DNA from: Armatimonadota bacterium
Lineage (GTDB): Bacteria; Armatimonadota; Hebobacteria; CAIYQO01
Direction of reading: 5' to 3'
Length of the DNA: 10,710 nt
Assembly (NCBI GenBank): GCA_038248345.1
Contig: JBBRXO010000091.1
Coordinates: forward strand, 1 to 10,710
Within the stretch, counting starts at the first letter, position 1; each line of letters opens with the position of its first letter. Position numbers and translations under genes: made by a program. Under the pieces are notes generated by a model. It made no database searches, was not told where the DNA came from, and was given only the letters and a program-made list of their open reading frames with translations. Below, one piece after another: positions 1 to 7,050 of this stretch.

Positions 1-426
1 GCCAAGGAAGGGCTGGCCCGTTTGACAGCACAGGCGGACTGGTTGGACAAACCGTATCCGTCGGCGGCGGCCAGTCTGCGTGAGGGATTGGAGGAAACCT
101 TTACCATCAATCGTCTGGATCTGCCGGCGAAATTGCGCCGTTGCTTGGGTACGACGAATCTCATTGAGAGTTCGAACGCGGGGATGCGGATGCGGACGGG
201 ACGGGTGACACGGTGGCGAAACGGGCAAATGGCGCTGCGTTGGTTCGCCGCCGGGTATCTGGAGACGGAACAGCACTTCCGGCGGATCATGGGGTATGAG
301 CATCTTTGGATGCTGAAAGCCAAACTCCAGGAAATCCAGGAATTGCGCCAGGAACGTCTTCAGCAACCATCGACAACTTCACCGGAAATACCGGTCGCCG
401 ACCGCTTGACACAAGTGGCGGCGTAG
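1..426 (+). CDS. IS256-family (Mutator-type DDE) transposase, C-terminal fragment (5' end outside window)
   Basis: The frame is open from base 1 (AKEGLARLTAQADWL...), so the TTG start at 22 is an edge artefact. It contains the IS256-family motif TTNLIESSN (catalytic E region) plus the typical SLREGLEET, RVTRWRNGQMALRW and FRRIMGY segments. Confidence 0.9.
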   Translation, partial: AKEGLARLTAQADWLDKPYPSAAASLREGLEETFTINRLDLPAKLRRCLGTTNLIESSNAGMRMRTGRVTRWRNGQMALRWFAAGYLETEQHFRRIMGYEHLWMLKAKLQEIQELRQERLQQPSTTSPEIPVADRLTQVAA

Positions 427-435
427 GATTACTAT
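406..435 (+). promoter_or_regulatory. Putative outward-facing sigma70-type promoter inside the IS right end
   Basis: TTGACA (406-411), 18-bp spacer, TACTAT (430-435). Confidence 0.45.
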
Positions 436-458
436 TCATTTAGAGAGTCACCGGAGAA

Positions 459-484
459 GTTTCAACTATTTCTGGGACACACTC
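459..484 (-). repeat. Putative right terminal inverted repeat of the IS256-family element
   Basis: Reads GAGTGTGTCCCAGAAATAGTTGAAAC on the minus strand, resembling IS256-family ends (G(A/G)GnnTGTC..n..GTTGAA). The left IR is outside the window, so pairing cannot be confirmed. Confidence 0.6.
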
Positions 485-558
485 GGACAACGACTGAGGG
501 ATAAATAGCGGGGAATTGGGGATTTTGGGGTAGGAATATGGAATAATAGTGCCGTCGT

Positions 559-1155
559 TCATCGAAAGATTTTTAGTAGAGTATTCAATATCACGAGTAT
601 ATCTTGCCAAACATTTGCTCTGCTCGCGTACTCCATATTTAAGCGAATTTTCTCGGGCATTATCTCATTGATATAGGTTCGTTCGGGGTCAAGCGAATAT
701 GCTAGTAGGTCATTTTCATGTCTGTATTTTATGGATGCATTATCCGTGATGCCGGGGATTAGTTCCAGCACACGGCGTTGATCCTGGGTGTAGAAGTCAA
801 CATAATATGGTACTTCCGGGCGTGGCCCTACCAAACTCATCTCACCAGTTATTACGTTAAAGAGTTGAGGGAATTCATCTAGTTTCAATTTGCGAAGCCA
901 AAAGCCGATGCGAGAGATACGTGGATCACCACCGACGGTAATGAGTTTCCCTTTTTTATCCGCATTGATAATAATGGAGCGGAATTTCCAGATACGAAAA
1001 GGTCTGCCACCTTTTCCGATACGTTCCTGCCGATAAAAAATGGGGCCCCGATCATCGAGCCAGATCAGTAATGCTATCATCAGTAGTGCTGGCGCTAATA
1101 TAATAAGACCTGGTATGGTACACACCAAGTCGAACAATCGTTTTCCGATTTTCAT
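559..1155 (-). CDS. Monotopic phosphoglycosyl transferase (bacterial sugar transferase, initiating enzyme; WbgY/WcfS-like subgroup)
   Basis: N-terminal KRLFD plus hydrophobic helix, GPIFYRQERIG, KFRS, DPRI, catalytic LDEFPQ, MSLVGPRP, PGITDxAS. ATGA overlap (1152-1155) with the aminotransferase stop. Confidence 0.92.
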   Translation of the reverse strand: MKIGKRLFDLVCTIPGLIILAPALLMIALLIWLDDRGPIFYRQERIGKGGRPFRIWKFRSIIINADKKGKLITVGGDPRISRIGFWLRKLKLDEFPQLFNVITGEMSLVGPRPEVPYYVDFYTQDQRRVLELIPGITDNASIKYRHENDLLAYSLDPERTYINEIMPEKIRLNMEYASRANVWQDILVILNTLLKIFR

Positions 1156-2312
1156 CTTTGGAAGGTCTTAACAACGTCTAAAACGCCAGATATCACACCT
1201 TCTACATCCTGGTCACTCATTGTCTGATTGAGCGGAATACTAAGGATGCGCTGATAATTAGAGTATGCGATGGGAAAATCTTCTGGCTTAAATCCATATT
1301 TATCGCGATAAAAAGGATGCAAATGAATAGGAATAAAATGTACAGAAGTGCCAATAAAACGTGATGATAATTCATCAATAAATTGATTTCGTCCTATGGT
1401 TAAGGTACCGGAACGCAAACGCAAAGTATAAAGATGCCAGGCGGTTTCTACCTCCGGTCGTACTGAAGGCAACTCTAATGCTTCAACATCGCAAAATGCT
1501 TCATTATAGCGTGCAGCAATTTCATTTCGCCTTTGTTGGAATCCCGCTAATTTTCGCAATTGCCAGATGCCGATCGCTGACTGCAAATCAGTCATGTTAT
1601 ATTTGAATCCGGGTGAATGAACTTCGTAGAACCAGTTTGCACCATTATCGTAACGTTTCCAAGCATCACGATTCATGCCGTGTAGGCTATGCGACCGTGC
1701 TTCGCTAAGGAAATCTTCCGAACCGGTAAGCATACCACCTTCAGCAGTAGTCATATTTTTGGTAGCGTAGAAGCTGAAGGCGACTGGATTGTCACCGGAT
1801 CCGATCATACGTCCCTTGTATTTTGCATGTATAGCATGTGCTGCATCTTCGACAACCGATAAGTGGTTATCGCGTGCTAATTCGTTAATGGTATCAAGGT
1901 CTACTGGATGTCCGGCGAAATGGACAGGCATAATAGCTCGAGTTTTTGGTGTAATTGCACGCGATACCTTTTCGGCATCAATGTTCAGGGTATCAGGTTC
2001 TACATCTACCAGTACCGGTTTTGCGCCAACATGTTCGATAACATTGATAGTTGCGCAGAAAGTCATGGGGGTAGAGATGACCTCGTCACCGGTGCCAATG
2101 CCTAATGTGGTCAGTGCAGTGTGCAAGCCTGCCGTGCAGGAATTCAATGCCAAAGCCGCAGGTGCACCAGTGAAGTGCGCGAAGTCTCGTTCAAATTGCG
2201 CCGTTTTCGGCCCCGTGGTGATCCAATTTGAGCGGAGAGTGTCAATAACTTCATCGATTTCTTCTTCTCCGATAAGGGGAGGAGAATAGGGTATAAAAAT
2301 ATTTACGGACAT
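1152..2312 (-). CDS. DegT/DnrJ/EryC1/StrS-family PLP-dependent nucleotide-sugar aminotransferase (WbgX/WcfR-like)
   Basis: WITTGPK, NSCTAGL, PVHFAG, VEDAAHA, SFYATKNMTTAEGG (PLP lysine), GFKYNM, WHLY. RBS AGAGG upstream of the ATG. Confidence 0.93.
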   Translation of the reverse strand: MSVNIFIPYSPPLIGEEEIDEVIDTLRSNWITTGPKTAQFERDFAHFTGAPAALALNSCTAGLHTALTTLGIGTGDEVISTPMTFCATINVIEHVGAKPVLVDVEPDTLNIDAEKVSRAITPKTRAIMPVHFAGHPVDLDTINELARDNHLSVVEDAAHAIHAKYKGRMIGSGDNPVAFSFYATKNMTTAEGGMLTGSEDFLSEARSHSLHGMNRDAWKRYDNGANWFYEVHSPGFKYNMTDLQSAIGIWQLRKLAGFQQRRNEIAARYNEAFCDVEALELPSVRPEVETAWHLYTLRLRSGTLTIGRNQFIDELSSRFIGTSVHFIPIHLHPFYRDKYGFKPEDFPIAYSNYQRILSIPLNQTMSDQDVEGVISGVLDVVKTFQR

Positions 2313-2383
2313 ATGATGCCTCTTTAAGCTTTTTGCTAGTCGACGCTAAGTACAATATGGATGTTACAAACCACCGTATTTTA

Positions 2384-2412
2384 ATAATAACCCTAATGCC
2401 GGACTATGTCAA
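2384..2412 (-). promoter_or_regulatory. Near-consensus sigma70-type promoter upstream of the aminotransferase/PGT pair
   Basis: Minus strand TTGACA (2412-2407), 17-bp spacer TAGTCCGGCATTAGGGT, TATTAT (2389-2384), about 70 bp upstream of the ATG at 2312. Confidence 0.65.
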
Positions 2413-2536
2413 CTGCTACTTAATTGTTGTATTTCTATGACACTATTATCGCAGTATAATGACATGCTGGTACGCGATTATAGACTAGAAAGTACAATTA
2501 AATGTATATATTAAGAAACAGAAACCTCAAACGTCA

Positions 2537-3196
2537 TTATTTGTCTACAATTACTTCAGAAGGTGCCAAATGCATAACATACTCATTCATAATACGCTGA
2601 CCCGGTGCGACAATCTTTATTGAGAATGTGAACCCATTCTTCACATAGAAGGAATTTACGCGATCATTATCAAGTGCATCTGTTGTTAAAGTGATATAAC
2701 TACCGCCGCGGCCTCGAACTTCTTCGATAAAAGCGTTAGTGAGAATCTTACCAATTCCACGATTTTCGGAAGACGATGCTACTCCTATGGAGGTTAACTC
2801 ACAGGGTGTTCCTGGGTGGGATGTATTCTCCACTTTACTGAATTTTCGAGATTTCTGGTAATTCTCCAGAATTCTCCCAATAAGTGAAGGATTATTTATC
2901 ACCCCTAATGCTATTGGAAGAACAAATTCCCATTTACGTTTCGACATTACTTGATAAAATTGAGCAGGATTCATTGATCCCGCAACAAACCCACTGGTTT
3001 CGTGATTATCCCCTTCAGTAAGTAGAAGGATTCCATCAGTATGACTGATAACCAGATTATAATATGCACTTAGAAAAGCCGGTCCCATTTGCGTTAAGAA
3101 GAAGGAAGGGAACGCAGCAATGTGGATTTCTACAACATCAGGTATGTCGGAAAAAGTAGCAACTCTTACTATTGGGCTTCTGTTCTCGATGATCAT
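2537..3196 (-). CDS. GNAT-family N-acyltransferase
   Basis: C-terminal GNAT motif A (LTSIGV...NRGIGKIL) and motif B (N..VNSFYVKNGF). N-terminal 'ATFSDIPDVVEIH'. RBS AAGGAAG upstream. Confidence 0.82.
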   Translation of the reverse strand: MIIENRSPIVRVATFSDIPDVVEIHIAAFPSFFLTQMGPAFLSAYYNLVISHTDGILLLTEGDNHETSGFVAGSMNPAQFYQVMSKRKWEFVLPIALGVINNPSLIGRILENYQKSRKFSKVENTSHPGTPCELTSIGVASSSENRGIGKILTNAFIEEVRGRGGSYITLTTDALDNDRVNSFYVKNGFTFSIKIVAPGQRIMNEYVMHLAPSEVIVDK

Positions 3197-3269
3197 TATT
3201 CTTCCTTAAGTTGGATTTTACCGTTTTGGCAATGATGTTAGTATATATAGTTAATCCATCTCATAAATT

Positions 3270-4499
3270 CTAGTTCCGACGTTTAGCCTTAATATAAACA
3301 TCTTCCAGTTTGTGGATGCCTTTCTCAAAAGACATTTCGTTCAAGTAGAAGGTTCGTCCATTCGCTCCCATTTCCATCCGTTTTTCAATTGGTGAATAGT
3401 ATAACTTAGTTACAGCATCAGCTATAGATTGCGGGTTATCAGGTAAGCATGCCAAACCTGCTTTTGCCTGATTTACCAAAAGAGTCGCATCACCTCCAGC
3501 GTTTATTACGAGTGGTTTACCAATCGCTAGATACGCTTGAGTTTTTTGTGGAATTGTATAATGTAGAAAGGGCTCATTTTTCAAAGTTATTAAAAGGACG
3601 TCAGCACAAAGTATAATCCGACCTATCTTATCCCCAGGTTGCCTTGGGTGAAAATGTACATTTGTCAATCCAAGGTTTGATACCATTTCCTTCATTTTGT
3701 CTAACTCAACACCACCACCAACGAAAATGAACTGTACTACACTAATACTTTTAGCGATAATGCTTGCGGCTTGAATGACGTATTCAAGCCCTTGTAACTT
3801 TCCCATTGTACCTGCAAATAAGACAGTGAATTTCTCCCGGATGTTATAGTTTGTTGCAAATTCTACATTACAATCAGTTGCATCTAAAAGAGATTCCTCG
3901 CACCAGTTATAGATGACCTCTATCTTACAATCAGGTACACCACGAACGATCAGTTCTTTTTTCAATCCTGGAGATAATGTAATAATTTTCGATGCATATT
4001 TATAGGCCCAAGCGCACCATTTGCTAACAATCTTTAGCCCTAATGCATTATTAAACATTCCAGAAGATTTTAAACTGTCGGGCCACAAATCTTGTACGTC
4101 TAAAATGTACGGTGTCCCATAGAATAATCGAAATATCCACGCAGGCCAAGCCAGAGTAGCAGGTCCCTGGTAGATGTGAACTATGTCAGCACGTTGTGCT
4201 AACCACGGCCCCAAAATGGCTGCTGAAAGTGCAAAGCTAGCATAACTGATCATCCGTTTAATGCCGGAGTTGTCATGACTTGGGTACATTGCTACCCTAA
4301 TAATAGGGACACCCTCTATAACTTCACGTTGGTAAAGTTTAATTTTATAGCCAGGGTAAAGATTGCCGCCCGGGTAGTTTGGATAACATGTAAGCACCTC
4401 AACCTGATGACCTAACTCTATCAGCTTTTTTGCGAACGTTAGTCCTTTCAGGTGGTTAGGTTCTGGGTGAAATAATTGTGTTATCAACAATATCTTCAT
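3270..4499 (-). CDS. wbuB: Glycosyltransferase family 4, WbuB-like (putative L-FucNAc transferase)
   Basis: KILLITQLFHPE, YPNYPGG, DVQDLWPDS, FAGTMGKLQGL, IPQKTQAYLAIGKP. Lies directly downstream of fnlC as in known L-FucNAc clusters. Confidence 0.82.
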   Translation of the reverse strand: MKILLITQLFHPEPNHLKGLTFAKKLIELGHQVEVLTCYPNYPGGNLYPGYKIKLYQREVIEGVPIIRVAMYPSHDNSGIKRMISYASFALSAAILGPWLAQRADIVHIYQGPATLAWPAWIFRLFYGTPYILDVQDLWPDSLKSSGMFNNALGLKIVSKWCAWAYKYASKIITLSPGLKKELIVRGVPDCKIEVIYNWCEESLLDATDCNVEFATNYNIREKFTVLFAGTMGKLQGLEYVIQAASIIAKSISVVQFIFVGGGVELDKMKEMVSNLGLTNVHFHPRQPGDKIGRIILCADVLLITLKNEPFLHYTIPQKTQAYLAIGKPLVINAGGDATLLVNQAKAGLACLPDNPQSIADAVTKLYYSPIEKRMEMGANGRTFYLNEMSFEKGIHKLEDVYIKAKRRN

Positions 4500-4512
4500 C
4501 TATAGATAATAC

Positions 4513-5634
4513 CTATCCCTTACTCCAAACGACCCTATTCACATATTCCACATAACTGAGGATAATCCGCGCTACTTTCTCGCTGACATTAGGAATATTA
4601 TAGTCTTCAACAATTCGGAGATTCCTTTCAGTGCCGCGCGGTTGGGTGGCCAGGAGTTTAAGTGCGGTCAGAATGCCGTCCAGTTCCAGGCCGGTCATCA
4701 TGACGGAGCCTTCCTCCATGCCTTCGGGGCGCTCGTGGGCGTTGCGGATGTTGAGGGCGGGGAAGTTGAGGATGCTGCTTTCCTCGGTGATGGTTCCGCT
4801 GTCGGAGAGCACGGCTTTGGCGTTAACCTGCAGTTTGATGTAATCGCTCAGGCTAAAGGGCTTGTGCAGCTCTACCAGTTTATTCAGGGCGATGCCCCCG
4901 GCTTCGATGCGTTTGCGCGTACGTGGGTGGGTGGTTACAATTACGCGTACCCCATAGACATCTGCTATGCCATTCAAAACTTCCATCAGTTTGGCAAACT
5001 GGGCGGGGGAGTCGATGTTCTCTTCACGGTGGGCGCTGACGAGGAAGTACTCCTCGGGTGTCAGAGATAACTCTCCCAGGATCTTTGATGCATCAATTTT
5101 CGGCAGATAATGATGTAGTATTTCAAACATCGGGCTGCCGGTTTTGATGATCCGGTCCGGCGGGATGCCTTCGCGTAGCAGATATTCGCGCCCGATGGCG
5201 CTGTAGGGCATGTTAATATCGCTGATATGGTCGACGATTTTGCGGTTGATCTCTTCCGGAACACGCTGGTCGAAGCAGCGGTTGCCCGCTTCCATATGGA
5301 ACACGGGGATTTTGCGCCGTTTGGCCGGGTAGGCGGCGAGGCAGCTATTGGTGTCACCCAGTACCAGCAGGGCGTCGGGCTGTACTTCACCGAGCAACTT
5401 GTCTACCCCAGCGATAATTGCCCCGATAGTTTCGCAGGCCGTCGTGCCGGCAGCGCCGAGGAAATGGTCGGGCTTGCGCAATTCCAGGTCATCGAAAAAT
5501 ATCTGGTTTAGCTCGTAGTCATAGTTTTGCCCGGTGTGAACGATGACTTGCTCCAGGTATTTATCCAGAGTGACCATCACACGCGAGAGACGTATTATTT
5601 CTGGCCGTGTACCGACAACGGTCATTACTTTCAT
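4513..5634 (-). CDS. fnlC: Non-hydrolysing UDP-GlcNAc 2-epimerase-family enzyme FnlC (WbjD/CapG), final step of UDP-L-FucNAc synthesis
   Basis: [56 protein letters not shown]. Synteny with fnlA and fnlB. Confidence 0.93.
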   Translation of the reverse strand: MKVMTVVGTRPEIIRLSRVMVTLDKYLEQVIVHTGQNYDYELNQIFFDDLELRKPDHFLGAAGTTACETIGAIIAGVDKLLGEVQPDALLVLGDTNSCLAAYPAKRRKIPVFHMEAGNRCFDQRVPEEINRKIVDHISDINMPYSAIGREYLLREGIPPDRIIKTGSPMFEILHHYLPKIDASKILGELSLTPEEYFLVSAHREENIDSPAQFAKLMEVLNGIADVYGVRVIVTTHPRTRKRIEAGGIALNKLVELHKPFSLSDYIKLQVNAKAVLSDSGTITEESSILNFPALNIRNAHERPEGMEEGSVMMTGLELDGILTALKLLATQPRGTERNLRIVEDYNIPNVSEKVARIILSYVEYVNRVVWSKG

Positions 5635-5782
5635 TTGTTGATTCCTCTAGGGGTATTATACAGGATTGAGTCGCTAGTCGGGAAGGGAGTTCCAATTTCC
5701 ATATTTAACAACAGAGGGCACTGAGGCATAGAGAAAATTGGTTCTACCTTCAATCGGCCATATCTCCAATACCTCGTATCAA

Positions 5783-5805
5783 GGGCACATGCCATGTGCC
5801 CCTAC
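5783..5805 (-). repeat. REP-like hairpin: GTAG + 8-bp stem + 3-nt loop
   Basis: Minus strand GTAG-GGGCACAT-GGC-ATGTGCCC. Perfect stem, starting 6 bp after the fnlB stop. Confidence 0.75.
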
Positions 5806-5811
5806 AAAATA

Positions 5812-6933
5812 TCATCTCTCAACGATTACCTGTTCAAAATAGGTGTCTGGGGCATCTGGATCGAACATGTTGCTGGACCAGAAGAGGGTGACCATTTCTT
5901 CGGGGCCGACGTTTTCGATGCTGTGGGTGTAGCCGGGTGGGATGTCTACTACCTGGTATTGCTCGCCGCGTACCGGGTACTCCAGCACCTCCTCACCGTT
6001 GATGTGGCGGAAGCGAATGATGCCTTCGCCTTGCACCACCATGAATTTCTCGGTTTTGGTCTGGTGGTAGTGGTTGCCGCGGGTGATGCCGGGGTTGGTG
6101 CGGGAGATGAAGAGCTGGCCGATTGCGGGCGACTTGAGGAACTCGGCCAGGCTGCCGCGGTTATCTGATTTAATATCCAACCCGTAGCCGAACTGGTCGG
6201 TGTCCAGGTAGGAAAGATAGGTGGCGTAGAGTGCGCGCACGAAGGGATCACCGTAGTTGGCGAGCATGAGCGTCTGCCGGTGGGCGCGGAAGCCGCGGAT
6301 CAGTTCGGCGAGGCCTCCCAGGGTGATCTGGTGATAGGGTAATTCCTCGGCAAAGCGGTATCCCGGGCGGGTGGGGGCGTCAATTTCGGCGAGGAAGGCA
6401 CTCACCACTTCGTCAATGTAGGTCAATTCTAGCGCATATGCCGGGTCTGATATCTGGATGGGGAGATCGTGGATGATATTGTAGCAGAAGGTGGCGGTGA
6501 CGGAGTTGTAATTGGGGCGACACCATTTGCCGAAGAGGTTTTTCAGACGGTAGACCACGCCCTCCGCCCCGGTTACCGCGCAATATCGCTCCAGCTCCTC
6601 TTCTGCCCCGCGCTTGCTGGCGCCATAGGGGTTATCAAGCACCGCCTGGATGGAGGAGGAGATAACCAGCTTCGGCGCGCGCCCGAAGGCAATCAGCTTC
6701 GCGCAGATATCGCCGGTGAAGCCGGCATTGCCGGTGTGGAACTCCTCCAGTTGCTGGGGTCGATTCACCCCGGCCAGGTGGAAGATGAGATCAGCCGCGC
6801 CCAGCATAGTGTCCAACTCAGCGGCGGAATTCTCGATATCAAACGAGAGAATCTCGACATCTGGGCGTGATTTAAGCATTGCGCACAGGTTTTTGCCAAC
6901 GAAGCCGTTTGCGCCGGTTACTAGTATTTTCAT
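5812..6933 (-). CDS. fnlB: FnlB (WbjC/CapF): SDR reductase with C-terminal cupin (C3-epimerase) domain
   Basis: GANGFVG, HLAGVNRP, SSSIQA, YGASK, NLFGKWCRPNYNS, cupin motif TRGNHYHQTKTEKF...IPPGYTHSIEN. RBS GGAG. Confidence 0.93.
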   Translation of the reverse strand: MKILVTGANGFVGKNLCAMLKSRPDVEILSFDIENSAAELDTMLGAADLIFHLAGVNRPQQLEEFHTGNAGFTGDICAKLIAFGRAPKLVISSSIQAVLDNPYGASKRGAEEELERYCAVTGAEGVVYRLKNLFGKWCRPNYNSVTATFCYNIIHDLPIQISDPAYALELTYIDEVVSAFLAEIDAPTRPGYRFAEELPYHQITLGGLAELIRGFRAHRQTLMLANYGDPFVRALYATYLSYLDTDQFGYGLDIKSDNRGSLAEFLKSPAIGQLFISRTNPGITRGNHYHQTKTEKFMVVQGEGIIRFRHINGEEVLEYPVRGEQYQVVDIPPGYTHSIENVGPEEMVTLFWSSNMFDPDAPDTYFEQVIVER

Positions 6934-6951
6934 GTTTACTCCAGTTTATTA

Positions 6952-6977
6952 AGTCACTAGTCGCTAGTCGCTAGTCA
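6952..6977. repeat. Heptamer tandem repeat AGTC(A/G)CT x3.7
   Basis: AGTCACT-AGTCGCT-AGTCGCT-AGTCA. A partial copy AGTCGCTAGTCG is at 5669-5680. Confidence 0.9.
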
Positions 6978-6991
6978 TGGTTTTTTGTAAC

Positions 6992-7007
6992 CACGAAGAC
7001 ACGAAGA
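6992..7007. repeat. Octamer tandem repeat CACGAAGA x2
   Basis: CACGAAGA-CACGAAGA, preceded by TAAC. Confidence 0.75.
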
Positions 7008-7017
7008 GAGAAATTTG

Positions 7018-7045
7018 GTTCCAAGTTCCAAGTTCCAAGTTCCAG
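7018..7045. repeat. Heptamer tandem repeat GTTCCAA x4
   Basis: GTTCCAA-GTTCCAA-GTTCCAA-GTTCCAG. A degenerate copy AGTTCCAATTTCCA is at 5688-5701. Confidence 0.92.
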
Positions 7046-7050
7046 GGGTG

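Larger units (their letters stand above)
1..484 (+). mobile_element. IS256-family insertion sequence, right part
   Basis: Transposase 3' end followed about 33 bp after the stop by an IS256-like terminal sequence. Composition changes after position 484. Confidence 0.8.

Noticed and set aside
22..24. TTG start for a 134-aa protein
   Set aside because: The frame is open to base 1 and the sequence is the C-terminal part of an IS256 transposase.
1789..2289. Plus-strand ORFs 1789-2289 and 1908-2105
   Set aside because: Antisense shadows of the aminotransferase with no recognisable motifs.
5635..5811. Integron attC site (GTTAAAT on the minus strand at 5709-5703)
   Set aside because: No matching RYYYAAC inverse core near the fnlB stop, no attC-like long dyad, and the equivalent position in the other spacer (GTTACAA) does not fit GTTRRRY.
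4631..6952. Alternative ORFs overlapping fnlC and fnlB (4631-4843, 4642-5070, 5061-5390, 5227-5511, 5527-5724, 5794-6168, 5949-6251, 6469-6870, 6650-6952)
   Set aside because: Shadow or off-frame ORFs expected in GC-rich coding DNA. They largely or fully overlap well-supported genes and show no domain signatures.
6952..7045. CRISPR array
   Set aside because: The repeats are 7-8 bp tandem units with no unique spacers, and there are no cas genes.
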